In this document: piece by piece, positions 1 to 8,709 of the stretch | Position numbering within the stretch: position 1 is the stretch's first letter | How the letters are laid out: each line of letters begins with the position of its first letter | Assembly: GCA_017476565.1 (NCBI GenBank) | Contig: JAFUZN010000077.1 | Span: forward strand, 1-63,520 | DNA from: Clostridia bacterium | Lineage (GTDB): Bacteria; Bacillota; Clostridia; Oscillospirales; Acutalibacteraceae | DNA length: 63,520 nt | Direction of reading: 5' to 3' | Made by a program: the position numbers and the translations under genes | Notes under the pieces: generated by a model | What the model was told of the DNA's origin: nothing | Database searches by the model: none | Seen by the model: the letters and a program-made list of their open reading frames with translations, nothing else

Positions 1-196
1 CCTTACCGAAGGTACCGCCGTTAGCGTCGAAAGTGACGACATTGTCGTACTCGACGCCATCGTGTTTCGGCTTTGTATTGTCTGCAGCTTTGCCCACTGT
101 CAGGGCAAAGAGGCCAGACAGTAAAGCCATGACCAGGAAGAGAACGGTCAGCGTTTTCCCAATCTTTCTGGTGGTCAATGTGTTTGTTTTTTCCAT
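1..196 (-). CDS. secreted repeat protein, N-terminal fragment (gene runs off the window start)
   Basis: Own reverse-strand translation from the ATG at 196: MEKTNTLTTRKIGKTLTVLFLVMALLSGLFALTVGKAADNTKPKHDGVEYDNVVTFDANGGTFGK. It has a hydrophobic signal-like segment, then VTFDANGG, typical of the start of Listeria-Bacteroides (Flg_new) repeats. It is absent from the ORF track because it is truncated by the window edge. Confidence 0.6.
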   Translation of the reverse strand, partial: MEKTNTLTTRKIGKTLTVLFLVMALLSGLFALTVGKAADNTKPKHDGVEYDNVVTFDANGGTFGK

Positions 197-324
197 TCGT
201 AATTAGCCTCCTTGATTCAAAGATTCTATACAATAAATACCTGCAAACCAGTACTAATTGCGACCTCATAATAGCAATTCCGAGAAAGGCTTACATTCGG
301 TTATCCGAAGATTTAAAAGTCGAC

Positions 325-340
325 CAAAAATTAATTTTTG
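325..340. promoter_or_regulatory. perfect 16-bp palindrome CAAAAATTAATTTTTG in a divergent intergenic region (possible operator)
   Basis: Read directly from the sequence. It lies between the minus-strand secreted-protein start (196) and the Crp-family gene (572). No function is shown. Confidence 0.3.
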
Positions 341-571
341 ACTGTCCCACTAATGGGAATCGACCCTTTGAAAGCTCCCGGTTTACCCACCACAAAGTAC
401 CATTAATGGCACCAAAGACACTGTAAAAAACCATTGATTCTTTCAATAAATTGTGCACAGTCTATCAACTTTATAATTACATATCTTCGGGTAGCCGAAT
501 GAACCAACTTACAATAACAGGTTAAATAGAAAGGAGCTTATTAATAATGAATGTAAGTGGGTTTGAGCAAA

Positions 572-1165
572 ATGAAAGATATTTCCATTCTCCAAGACTT
601 CCTCAGCGAGTCACTGTCCGTGGAAGAAAGGTCCACAATAGAGTCATTTCTCCAAAGCGGAAAAGTCATCCATTGCCTGAAGAACGATTTTGTATGGAAG
701 CCGGAAGAACGAGCAAAGCAGGTCGTCTTTCTTATGGACGGTAAAGCCCGGGAATATGCCATTGACGAAGACGGTCACGACAATACCTTCCGCTTTGCGT
801 ACAAACCTGGGGACGTCCTCATCAACGATAACCGCTACTTGGAGGGGGCGGTCTTTTACTGGGAAGCCCTTTCCAAGTCCAATTTCCTCAGCGTTCCATC
901 CGTCATCGTTGACCAGGCCTTCGAACGGGACGAAGGGTTTCGTAACAATATCCTACAGAGAATGAAAGAACACCATGCTCAGGACGCTCGCCTGCGCTAT
1001 GCTCTGATGACCAAATACTCAAAAGAAAAATACCTTTGGTTTCTGGAAGAGTTCTCCGACATTCCCAAAGGGGTTCCTCAAAAGTACATCGCGACGTACC
1101 TCAACATGCTCCCGCAGACTTTGAGTGAGATCAAACACGACATCAAAGTAGAGAAGGGCGATTAA
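572..1165 (+). CDS. Crp/Fnr-family transcriptional regulator
   Basis: ORF track 557..1165; I prefer the ATG at 572 (MKDISILQDFL...). It has an N-terminal cNMP-binding-like region and a C-terminal HTH (PQKYIATYLNMLPQTLSEIKHDI). Confidence 0.7.
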   Translation: MKDISILQDFLSESLSVEERSTIESFLQSGKVIHCLKNDFVWKPEERAKQVVFLMDGKAREYAIDEDGHDNTFRFAYKPGDVLINDNRYLEGAVFYWEALSKSNFLSVPSVIVDQAFERDEGFRNNILQRMKEHHAQDARLRYALMTKYSKEKYLWFLEEFSDIPKGVPQKYIATYLNMLPQTLSEIKHDIKVEKGD

Positions 1166-1236
1166 CTCTCTTTTGTTATTCTTAAGGTTATGGGCTATAA
1201 TGAATGTAACGAAAAACATTCGGAAAGGAAAAGCCT

Positions 1237-1542
1237 ATGATCGTAGTGATTACCGGTGTCGGCACAGAAAAAGGTTTTTTAGCTGCCTGCAAGGCAGTCG
1301 AATATAGACACAAAGTGTATGGGGTAGACTCCCGGGACCTGAACGACCTCAAGTACCAGGAACTTGTAAGAGAAGCACCGGACTGTTATTTCAAACGAGT
1401 AGACCTCGAAAACGAAATGGAGTTCCTTTGGGGAGTGGGCCCCTTGAAACCGGAAATGGTGGTGGACTGCACGAAGTACCCGAAAGAGACTTCCACCGTT
1501 CAAAAGGTCTGCGAGCAAAAGCACTGGGACTACCACCGGTGA
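1237..1542 (+). CDS. hypothetical 101-aa protein with a Rossmann-like N-terminus (possible gene remnant)
   Basis: MIVVITGVGTEKGF... resembles the first beta-alpha-beta of a nucleotide-binding or ATP-grasp pre-domain, but the ORF stops after 101 aa. A TATAAT at about 1196 and a weak RBS lie upstream, and a terminator follows. Confidence 0.35.
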   Translation: MIVVITGVGTEKGFLAACKAVEYRHKVYGVDSRDLNDLKYQELVREAPDCYFKRVDLENEMEFLWGVGPLKPEMVVDCTKYPKETSTVQKVCEQKHWDYHR

Positions 1543-1571
1543 ATCGCCACGAAAGGCCAAGTACAAAAGTC

Positions 1572-1605
1572 AAAAGCAGCTCTCTCAGAAGGGCTGCTTT
1601 TCTTG
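1572..1605 (+). terminator. intrinsic terminator candidate
   Basis: AAAGCAGC...GCTGCTTT stem followed by TCTTGTT. Confidence 0.5.
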
Positions 1606-1686
1606 TTATTGGAAATGGGTTCTGCTATACTTTTAGTTAACGCAAAACGTTAAAACTCGTATAACTTGAGGAAGGAGGGACCGGCC

Positions 1687-2778
1687 ATGAGCAGTGTGCA
1701 GAACAGCAAAACTCGCATTTTCTATTTAGACTTCCTGCGTGTGTTTGCCATTTTCAACATTATTGCGAACCACGCCATGAACCGGGCCTTCTACAATTTC
1801 TCTTGCCAGGAACTGGACCTTGCGGCCATGTCTATGCCGGGCACGGTTCTGAAAGCCTTTCTGACCATGTTCAGCCGGGTAGGCGTCTTTCTCTTTGTTA
1901 TGATCACCGGCAAACTCATTCTGAATAAGGACTTCACGCAAGAGGGTGCCCTGCCAAGGTTCCTAAAACACAACTGGCTGTCACTCTCCATTACCTCGGA
2001 GCTTTGGTTCTTCCTCATGTTCTGGGAACTGCAGCTCCTGGGGGAGAAGGTGCCCATTGGCAGTCTCTTCCAGACCCTGCTCTTTACGAACCAGGTCACC
2101 ATGAACAACATGTGGTACATGAACATGCTCCTGGTCGTGTACCTGGTCCTGCCGGTCTTTGCGCTGGCTCTTCGCAAGCTGAGCCCGAAAGTCTTCCTGT
2201 TGCCCCTAGGCTTGCTGCTGTTGGGCGCTATTCTGGTGCCGACGGCCAATGACCTTCTGGGGCTCCTCGGCTCCCACCGGGACATCGACTTTGCGTTCCA
2301 GCCGAAGTACCTCTTTTCCATGTTCGCGATTTACTTGATTTTAGGCTACTTCCTGGACAAAGGGCTCCTCGAAAACCTGTCGTCCAGCCTTCTCTATACA
2401 ACCTTTGCCCTGACGCTCATAGCCATGACCGCTGTCCAGGTCTACGGCTACGAAAGCCCCAAGAACTACCTCTTTGACAATTCGAACTTCGGCTTTTTGG
2501 TGCTGGCCCTCTGCATTTTCGAAGGGGCCCGCCGACACGCCGGTGCCTTCGAACGCTTCCGGGAACCGGTCACCCGACTCTCCGGCATGACCTTTGCCAT
2601 TTACCTTTTGCACATGTGTGTCATGCACGCCATGCATTACTTTATGCAGGACCTCGGGCTGAACCACTGGCTCTACTTCGTCATCCTCTACGTGGGCTCC
2701 ATTGTGGGGAGCCTGCTGTTCATCACCCTTGGGTCTCGTTCGAAGATTATCAAACAATACTTTTTCCTGATCAAATAA
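1687..2778 (+). CDS. Acyltransferase_3 family membrane O-acyltransferase
   Basis: The ATG at 1687 follows GGAAGGAGGGA (the ORF track starts at an upstream TTG, 1666). It has the hallmark N-terminus RIFYLDFLRVFAIFNIIANH and about 10 hydrophobic segments. Confidence 0.85.
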   Translation: MSSVQNSKTRIFYLDFLRVFAIFNIIANHAMNRAFYNFSCQELDLAAMSMPGTVLKAFLTMFSRVGVFLFVMITGKLILNKDFTQEGALPRFLKHNWLSLSITSELWFFLMFWELQLLGEKVPIGSLFQTLLFTNQVTMNNMWYMNMLLVVYLVLPVFALALRKLSPKVFLLPLGLLLLGAILVPTANDLLGLLGSHRDIDFAFQPKYLFSMFAIYLILGYFLDKGLLENLSSSLLYTTFALTLIAMTAVQVYGYESPKNYLFDNSNFGFLVLALCIFEGARRHAGAFERFREPVTRLSGMTFAIYLLHMCVMHAMHYFMQDLGLNHWLYFVILYVGSIVGSLLFITLGSRSKIIKQYFFLIK

Positions 2779-2815
2779 CAGAGCATTCCGAAGCTTTTTT
2801 GAAAGGAGGTGTCCC

Positions 2816-3937
2816 ATGAGCACCCTGCAAAACAACCCCCAAAGAGTTTATTGGATCGACGTGGCTCGTGGGCTCGCCATTCTTTCCATAACCTGCTGCC
2901 ATGCGGCGACCCGAAGCTTTGCCATTTATGAGGGCACCCTTCTCGAGTTCCAGTCCCACAGCCTGGTCTTTTCCATTTTGAAAGCCTGCCTCTACATCTT
3001 CAGTCGGCTGGGCGTCCCGCTCTTTCTCATGATCACCGGAGCCCTCATGCTGCCGAGAGACTATGAGCGAAAAGGTGCGGTCGAGAAACTCTATCAGAAC
3101 AACTGGCTGCCCATTCTGCGGACCACGGTCATTTGGTTTGGCATCATGTACCTGTACCTTTCCTTGTTCCACGACTCGGTGCTACGGACACAGGGCGTCG
3201 GGAAAGGGATCCTCAAGTTCTTTGAGACCCTTCTGTTTGTTAACCAACAGAGCTTTGCCAGCATGTGGTACATGCCCATGATCTTGAGCCTTTACCTGCT
3301 GCTGCCCATAATGGCAGTGGGACTTCAACACTTTGGGGACAAGTATTTCTACGCCCTCAGTGGCCTTGCGGTCCTCCTGGCCATGGTGCTACCGAACTTC
3401 AACGCTCTGTTTGCACACCTGGGAACGGAGTTCCGACTTTACTCATCCCTTTCCGTCGGGAACCTGTTTTCCGTCTTCTGGGTCTACCTGTTCTTCGGGT
3501 ACTGGGTGAGACGGGGGAAGCTGGACCGCCTTTCTGACGGCGGGGTCCTTGCCGGTGTGTTTCTGTCCTTTGCTGCCACCGTAGCCTTCCAGGTCTGGGT
3601 CTACTCCGGGCCCACCGACTACGACGTACAGTACCAGGACATCGGCATTTTGCTGACCGCCCTGTTCCTCTTTGAACTGCTCCGACGGAAAGGGGAGGAG
3701 TTCCGAGGCTTAGAGAAACCGGTCCTCAGTCTTTCTGCCTGTGCTTTTGGCATCTTTTTCTTACACATCTGTCTCATGCACGGCTTAAACCAGGTCCTCA
3801 AACATGTGGGCGATGTACCCTATTTCAGTCGATTCTTCTTACTGGAAGTCCTCTCTTTCGGGGGGAGCTGGCTTCTGGTCTCTCTGACTTCCCGGTGGAA
3901 GTTCTTTAGAAAATACCTTTATATGATGGAGAAGTGA
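2816..3937 (+). CDS. Acyltransferase_3 family membrane O-acyltransferase (tandem paralogue)
   Basis: RBS AAAGGAGG. RVYWIDVARGLAILSITCCHA motif. Polytopic, with the same architecture as the upstream gene. Confidence 0.85.
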   Translation: MSTLQNNPQRVYWIDVARGLAILSITCCHAATRSFAIYEGTLLEFQSHSLVFSILKACLYIFSRLGVPLFLMITGALMLPRDYERKGAVEKLYQNNWLPILRTTVIWFGIMYLYLSLFHDSVLRTQGVGKGILKFFETLLFVNQQSFASMWYMPMILSLYLLLPIMAVGLQHFGDKYFYALSGLAVLLAMVLPNFNALFAHLGTEFRLYSSLSVGNLFSVFWVYLFFGYWVRRGKLDRLSDGGVLAGVFLSFAATVAFQVWVYSGPTDYDVQYQDIGILLTALFLFELLRRKGEEFRGLEKPVLSLSACAFGIFFLHICLMHGLNQVLKHVGDVPYFSRFFLLEVLSFGGSWLLVSLTSRWKFFRKYLYMMEK

Positions 3938-5538
3938 ACCAACCCATGTCTTACAAGCAAAAGTCCCTTATTCTCTATATTCTGCTCTTTGTGTTTCTGA
4001 TAGCTATGTTCACCCAGAAGCAGAGTTTCCATGTCGACGAAGTCTGGTCCTATGGCCTCGCGAATTACGATGGGAACGCTTACATGCAAGTGGAAGATGG
4101 AAAGCAGTACAACGGGGAAGAGCTTTATCACCGGTACATGACGGTGCAGGAGGGGCAAAGGTTCGACTATTCGAAAGTCTGGGAGAACCAGCGCAATGAC
4201 AATCACCCGGTCCTGTTTTACCTTCTGCTTCACACCATTTCTTCCTTTTTCCCGGGAAAGTTTTCTTTGTGGTTCGGAGCCGCCATCAACATCGTGTTTG
4301 CTCTGGTGCTGCTTCTCTACGTGCGAAAACTTCTGTTGCTGCTGACTCACAGTCGTCAGGTCCAGACCATGTGCTCCCTTGCTTTTGTGACAACTTACGG
4401 CATTGTGAACGCCATGTTCTTCATTCGGATGTACGTCATGGTCATGGCCCTGCAGACCATGCTTTCCTACCTCTGTCTTTTACTGTTGGAACAGGAGAAG
4501 GGTAATGACATACCGGAAGACCTGGAAACCCATTCGAAGTGGTTTACGCTCTATTCCATCTTTGCGGTCACGTATTTTAGCGCCCTGACCCATTACTACT
4601 GTATCGTTTACGCGGTGTTCCTGACCTTGACACTTCTTGTCGCGCTGCTGTTCCAAAAACGCTGGAAAACCGCATTGCAACTGTTTGGAACTCAGGCATT
4701 GGCAGGGCTCCTGGCTCTGGTTACTTTCCCGGCAATGCTGGAACGGGTCTTCGGCGGAGACCGGGGCGCTCAGTCCATGGAGAACCTCAAGTCCTTTGAA
4801 GGCGGGGAAGAAGGCCGACTTTCCCTCTTTTTAAGTTTCATCAATAAAGAACTTTTCGGCGGACTTGCCTTGCTGGTGCTCGGCCTCTGCGCAGTGCTCC
4901 TGCTCTATTCCTTGTTCGCAAAGAAGAAAGTGAAGACGAGGGCTCTTTCGTTTCGCGGGTCCCTCGTGCTCCTGTTCCCGGTGCTTGTATACTTCTTTGT
5001 CATTGAGCTCACGGCTCCCTTGCAGGTCAGTCGGTACCTGTACCCCTTGTACCCGGTCATCTTTGTGCTGGTGGTCGCATGGTTGGGGGTCCTTTTGGAA
5101 GTGGTCTTTCCGAACCGTCAGAAATTGGCCGCCGTTATTTTGGCGGTCACACTCTTTCTTACGGTCGTCTCCAGCTACTTCAACCGTACGGAGCGCCGGT
5201 ACTTCGAATACCTTTATCCGGAAGCCAAAGTTTACCTGAGTACGGCTGCCGAATACCAAAATTGCAACTGTCTCTTCATTTACCATTGGACCTATGAAGT
5301 CATGACTTCCTACAAGGAACTCTCCCAGTACCGGTCGGTGACTTTCTTACGGGATACGGAGTTGGATCAGTTAGACGACCTGGCTGTCGCCAAAGATAAA
5401 GAACTCATTGTAAGAACCGTCAATATTCAGGACTGGTATGAAACCACGGGAGTCGTCATGGAGCATTACTCTCAGTTCACCAAAGCGGAGCAGCTGTTCC
5501 GCTATGCGCCGGACGGCATTACCAGTATTTTGACCTAA
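3934..5538 (+). CDS. GT-C fold (ArnT/PMT-like, GT39/GT83-type) membrane glycosyltransferase
   Basis: Polytopic 530-aa protein. An early extracytoplasmic-loop acidic motif (FHVDEVWSYGLAN) is followed by NHPVLFYLLLH, as in polyprenyl-phosphate-sugar-dependent GT-C enzymes. The GTG at 3934 overlaps the upstream stop; an alternative ATG lies at 3946. Confidence 0.6.
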   Translation: MNQPMSYKQKSLILYILLFVFLIAMFTQKQSFHVDEVWSYGLANYDGNAYMQVEDGKQYNGEELYHRYMTVQEGQRFDYSKVWENQRNDNHPVLFYLLLHTISSFFPGKFSLWFGAAINIVFALVLLLYVRKLLLLLTHSRQVQTMCSLAFVTTYGIVNAMFFIRMYVMVMALQTMLSYLCLLLLEQEKGNDIPEDLETHSKWFTLYSIFAVTYFSALTHYYCIVYAVFLTLTLLVALLFQKRWKTALQLFGTQALAGLLALVTFPAMLERVFGGDRGAQSMENLKSFEGGEEGRLSLFLSFINKELFGGLALLVLGLCAVLLLYSLFAKKKVKTRALSFRGSLVLLFPVLVYFFVIELTAPLQVSRYLYPLYPVIFVLVVAWLGVLLEVVFPNRQKLAAVILAVTLFLTVVSSYFNRTERRYFEYLYPEAKVYLSTAAEYQNCNCLFIYHWTYEVMTSYKELSQYRSVTFLRDTELDQLDDLAVAKDKELIVRTVNIQDWYETTGVVMEHYSQFTKAEQLFRYAPDGITSILT

Positions 5539-5540
5539 AG

Positions 5541-5571
5541 AAAAACAGCCCCTTTTCAAAAGGGGCTGTTC
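5541..5571. terminator. bidirectional intrinsic terminator between convergent genes
   Basis: AAAAACAGCCCCTTTTCAAAAGGGGCTGTT. The stem ACAGCCCCT/AGGGGCTGT is flanked by an A-run and T residues. Confidence 0.75.
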
Positions 5572-5572
5572 C

Positions 5573-6517
5573 TTATTGGTAAAATTCCTGTTCCAGTTTT
5601 TCTATGTCGGCTCGCGTCAGGAGCAAAGGCAGTTCCTCCGGGTCATGGATATTCTCCGACTTAAATAGGAGCATCATCTCATTGGTGAGGGAATAGGCGT
5701 CCGGCTGGAGGGTCATTTCCTCCGGCGTCAGCCAGACACCGGTTTTGAGCTCGTTTTTGTCGAGCCGGATGAGTGGGTCGCCGTTGTCGTCGTAAACATC
5801 TTGGTACATCGCTTCCATAGCTTCCGTGTCCGCTTCACAGAAGAACCCCATGAGAAGGTCGTCCACCACGCCCCAGGGCTGGGACTTGTAGTAGCGGATG
5901 TTCTTGACACAAACCCCCGTCTCCTCCATGACCTCCCGCTCTACACACTCTTCGAGGGTCTCGCCGATTTCCGTAAAGCCGGCCACCAGGGCGTAGTAAG
6001 GGAAGGCGTGCCCGGTTTTCGGAGAGTACTTCGTCAAAAGGATCTTGCCCTTATAGGTCACCGCCACAATGACCGCCGGCAGAATGCGGGGATAAATGGT
6101 CCGCTGGCAGTTGGGGCAGAGGAGAGCCCGCTCTCTGGGGCTATGGACGGTAGGCGTCGCACAACGGCCGCAAAACTGGTTATCCACATACCAGTTGTTC
6201 AGCTGAAGGGCTGTCATGAGGAGGAAGACCTGGTGCTTTTCCAAAAACTCCAGCTGGCGAATGTTTCTGAAACCGGAAAAAGAAAAGCCTTTGAGAGGCT
6301 CTTCCAGTTGAGCGGCGAAAACGTCGGTATTGTCGTAGGTGAAGAGAAACCGAATTTCCGTGTCTTTTGGTAATTCCCTGTAACGCGGCAGGAAAAAGCC
6401 CTCGTCCCGCAAAAGGATCTCTTTCTCACGAAAGCAGACCACCGGGCTGTCGGGACCGGGCGCTACACCGGTTTTGAATTCATTATTGAGTTTATGGGGA
6501 GCAATGTCCTGGATCAT
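5573..6517 (-). CDS. nudC: NADH pyrophosphatase (Nudix hydrolase with zinc ribbon)
   Basis: Zinc ribbon CGRCATPTV...CPNCQRTIYPR, Nudix box GFTEIGETLEECVEREVMEETGV, and downstream SQPW. Confidence 0.85.
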   Translation of the reverse strand: MIQDIAPHKLNNEFKTGVAPGPDSPVVCFREKEILLRDEGFFLPRYRELPKDTEIRFLFTYDNTDVFAAQLEEPLKGFSFSGFRNIRQLEFLEKHQVFLLMTALQLNNWYVDNQFCGRCATPTVHSPRERALLCPNCQRTIYPRILPAVIVAVTYKGKILLTKYSPKTGHAFPYYALVAGFTEIGETLEECVEREVMEETGVCVKNIRYYKSQPWGVVDDLLMGFFCEADTEAMEAMYQDVYDDNGDPLIRLDKNELKTGVWLTPEEMTLQPDAYSLTNEMMLLFKSENIHDPEELPLLLTRADIEKLEQEFYQ

Positions 6518-6643
6518 ACGAACCCTCCGGGAAAATTGTTTTTCTTATTATACTACAAATGAATTGCGAAGGCGGCAGGAAAAGTATATACTAGTACAAA
6601 AGCGACGAAAGTTTTGATTATCATTTCAAAGGAGAACTGGAAC

Positions 6644-7423
6644 ATGACCCGAACGAAAGTAACAAAAACCATTGCCATTCTGTTGGCGATGTGCCTTGCC
6701 TTTGCGCTCATGAGCGTGACCATGTTGAATGGCACCATAGCGGAAGCCGCCAAAATTGAGGGTGCCGATTATACTGCTGAAATTTCAGAACCTGCTATTT
6801 CTGCTATCCCCAATAAAACAAATTGGTTTGTTGCCGATAGCAATTCCTATGAAACCATTCCAGATTTCAGTATCGATATTAGGTTCCCGAAGAACAATGC
6901 AACAATGTCCGACAAGAAATTATCCGACGTTGTAAAGATCTATTCCGATTCCGATTTGACCCAGGAAGTTCTTCTGTCAGAAGATTTGTTTACAGATGTT
7001 GTGAATAATGCTGCTCAAGTATCATTTAACGTATTAGTTAGTAAAGTCACCGTTTTACAAAACGAGAAAACTTATTATCTTTCCTTTGGAAAAGAACTCT
7101 CTACTACTACCGATAACGAAGGAGAAGCGATCGTAGTTCAGTTCACTGTTCCCGGCACCAAAACTACAACAACCACGACCACAACGACAACTACTACAAC
7201 AACCACCAAGCCCTCTACTAGTGCTAAATCGACTTCTCGCACGATCAAGACGACCGCTCGCACACTGACCACCCGTACCCTTCGCACTGTGACTACCAAG
7301 TATAACGGTGTCAAAGCGAAGGCTGCCAACACCGGGGACGAGAACAACATGCCTCTCTGGGTCGCCCTTGCCATTCTGGCCGCCGGCGCCTCCGGCATTG
7401 CCTATGTCTGGAAAGAAAACTAA
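6644..7423 (+). CDS. secreted surface protein with poly-Thr linker and an LPXTG-like C-terminal sorting signal
   Basis: The ATG at 6644 follows AAAGGAGAA (the track starts at TTG 6614). Signal peptide TIAILLAMCLAFALMSV...AEA. The C-terminus reads AANTGDE + hydrophobic PLWVALAILAAGASGIAYVW + KEN. Confidence 0.65.
   Translation: MTRTKVTKTIAILLAMCLAFALMSVTMLNGTIAEAAKIEGADYTAEISEPAISAIPNKTNWFVADSNSYETIPDFSIDIRFPKNNATMSDKKLSDVVKIYSDSDLTQEVLLSEDLFTDVVNNAAQVSFNVLVSKVTVLQNEKTYYLSFGKELSTTTDNEGEAIVVQFTVPGTKTTTTTTTTTTTTTTTKPSTSAKSTSRTIKTTARTLTTRTLRTVTTKYNGVKAKAANTGDENNMPLWVALAILAAGASGIAYVWKEN
7163..7207 (+). repeat. 15 consecutive Thr codons (mixed ACN codons)
   Basis: Read directly: act aca aca acc acg acc aca acg aca act act aca aca acc acc. 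Confidence 0.9.
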
Positions 7424-7441
7424 ATTCGTTTTGGAAATTTC

Positions 7442-7473
7442 ACAGCCCTGTCTAAAAAGATAGGGCTGTTTTC
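7442..7473 (+). terminator. intrinsic terminator
   Basis: ACAGCCCT-N12-AGGGCTGT followed by TTTC. Confidence 0.6.
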
Positions 7474-7529
7474 ATGTCTTGTTTTCTGCTAAACTAAGTT
7501 TATCACCACATTAAAAGGAGTTTGGAACT

Positions 7530-8495
7530 ATGCCAAACGAGCCAAAGAAAATCATTAAAGTCAAAACGAAAGTCCGTTATGAAGAACCGGAATACTTTGA
7601 TACAAAACCCACGGAGCCTCAGGAACTGAACCCGGAGAACTTCGATTACCGGGAAGACGCGTTGAATGAAGAGTTTGACAATACTTACGTTGGGAAGAAA
7701 GCTTCTGCTCCCATTTATAAAAAATGGTGGTTCTGGCTGATCATCGCCCTGGTTTGCGGCGCTCTGGCACTGCTTTTACTAAACTGGGGGAGAATCGCCC
7801 CGAAGCAGGAAGAACCCTCTTCCATAGCCTCACCGGCCAGTTCAGTCACCACTACTACAGAAACCTTCTATGAGACCATTACTGCCCGGAATGTCGTTCC
7901 TCCGGAAGCTGCCGAAGTCCGTAAAGGGGAGAATGGCAAGTGGGCCCTTTATAACGGGAATCAGATTCTGACCACTTACAACGGCATTGCCTCCAACGAG
8001 AACGGTACCTGGTATATCAACAACGGTTTTGTCGATTTCAATTATACCGGTTACCTGAAAGTCAATGGGGCCACTTACATGGTCAACAAAGGCCGGGTGG
8101 ACATTTCGAAGCCCGTCGAGGTGGAACCCTCAACAGTGGCCGGCGCCGATGTCACCACCTCAGAAGCTTACGAACCAAAGACCGAAGCCGGCATCAACAA
8201 CGCCGGAACACAGTCTCAACAAGATGCTTTGGCTCTGGCGGTGGACTATATCAACCAAATGGCCTTCTCCCGGGACTGGCTCATCGCTCAGGTCCAGTCC
8301 GAAGGGTATAACCAGGAAGATGCCACCTGGGCCGCCGACCACTGCGGTGCCGACTGGAACGAACAAGCATACAAGAAGGCCCTCGAGTACTTGAAACTCA
8401 CGACCTTCACCCATGACGACATGCTGACCCAGCTGCAGTTCGAAGGGTTCACCGCCGAACAGGCGGCCTATGGAGCCCAAAAAGCTGGTCTTTAA
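7530..8495 (+). CDS. bitopic membrane protein: wall-binding aromatic repeats plus two C-terminal Ltp-type (PF07553-like) domains
   Basis: RBS AAAAGGAG. TM segment WWFWLIIALVCGALALLLL. Repeats GKWALYNGN...NGTWYINNGFVDFNYTG. The C-terminus (QQDALALAVDYINQMAFSRDWLIAQVQSEGYNQEDATWAADHCGADWNEQAYKKALEYLKLTTFTHDDMLTQLQFEGFTAEQAAYGAQKAG) matches the Ltp repeat pattern recalled from phage TP-J34 Ltp. Confidence 0.75.
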   Translation: MPNEPKKIIKVKTKVRYEEPEYFDTKPTEPQELNPENFDYREDALNEEFDNTYVGKKASAPIYKKWWFWLIIALVCGALALLLLNWGRIAPKQEEPSSIASPASSVTTTTETFYETITARNVVPPEAAEVRKGENGKWALYNGNQILTTYNGIASNENGTWYINNGFVDFNYTGYLKVNGATYMVNKGRVDISKPVEVEPSTVAGADVTTSEAYEPKTEAGINNAGTQSQQDALALAVDYINQMAFSRDWLIAQVQSEGYNQEDATWAADHCGADWNEQAYKKALEYLKLTTFTHDDMLTQLQFEGFTAEQAAYGAQKAGL

Positions 8496-8500
8496 ACAGA

Positions 8501-8529
8501 AAAAATCGCCCTTGCCGGGCGATTTTTTT
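8501..8529 (+). terminator. intrinsic terminator
   Basis: AAAAATCGCCC-TTGCC-GGGCGATTTTTTT. Confidence 0.8.
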
Positions 8530-8646
8530 AATTCTTTTACTTTCCTAACGGTATGTTGTTGTTGTCAATATCGGTAGAAAACGCCCTTCGCTCTTGCCTT
8601 CGAATGTAGTCCTGCCCTAAAACCTCTGACGTACGATGGTTTTTCC

Positions 8647-8676
8647 TTGATAAACCTGCATTTTTGTGGTTATAAT
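8647..8676 (+). promoter_or_regulatory. sigma-A-type promoter candidate
   Basis: TTGATA (8647-8652), 18-nt spacer, TATAAT (8671-8676), about 30 nt upstream of the 8710 start. Confidence 0.5.
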
Positions 8677-8709
8677 AATCTGAAAAAATAATGAAAAGGA
8701 GAGTTCATT

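Noticed and set aside
434-446. FNR/CRP-like site TTGATTCTTTCAA upstream of the Crp-family gene.
   Set aside because: The spacing is one base short of TTGAT-N4-ATCAA and the right half-site is imperfect, so it is too weak to report as a feature.
547-744. An ATG at 547 is placed 9 nt after AAAGGAGC but in a different frame from the Crp-family gene. This could be an upstream ORF or a frameshift.
   Set aside because: Its translation (MNVSGFEQNERYFHSPRLPQRVTVRGRK...) looks non-protein-like, while the frame from 572 shows the cNMP/HTH pattern. Without reads I cannot call a sequencing frameshift.
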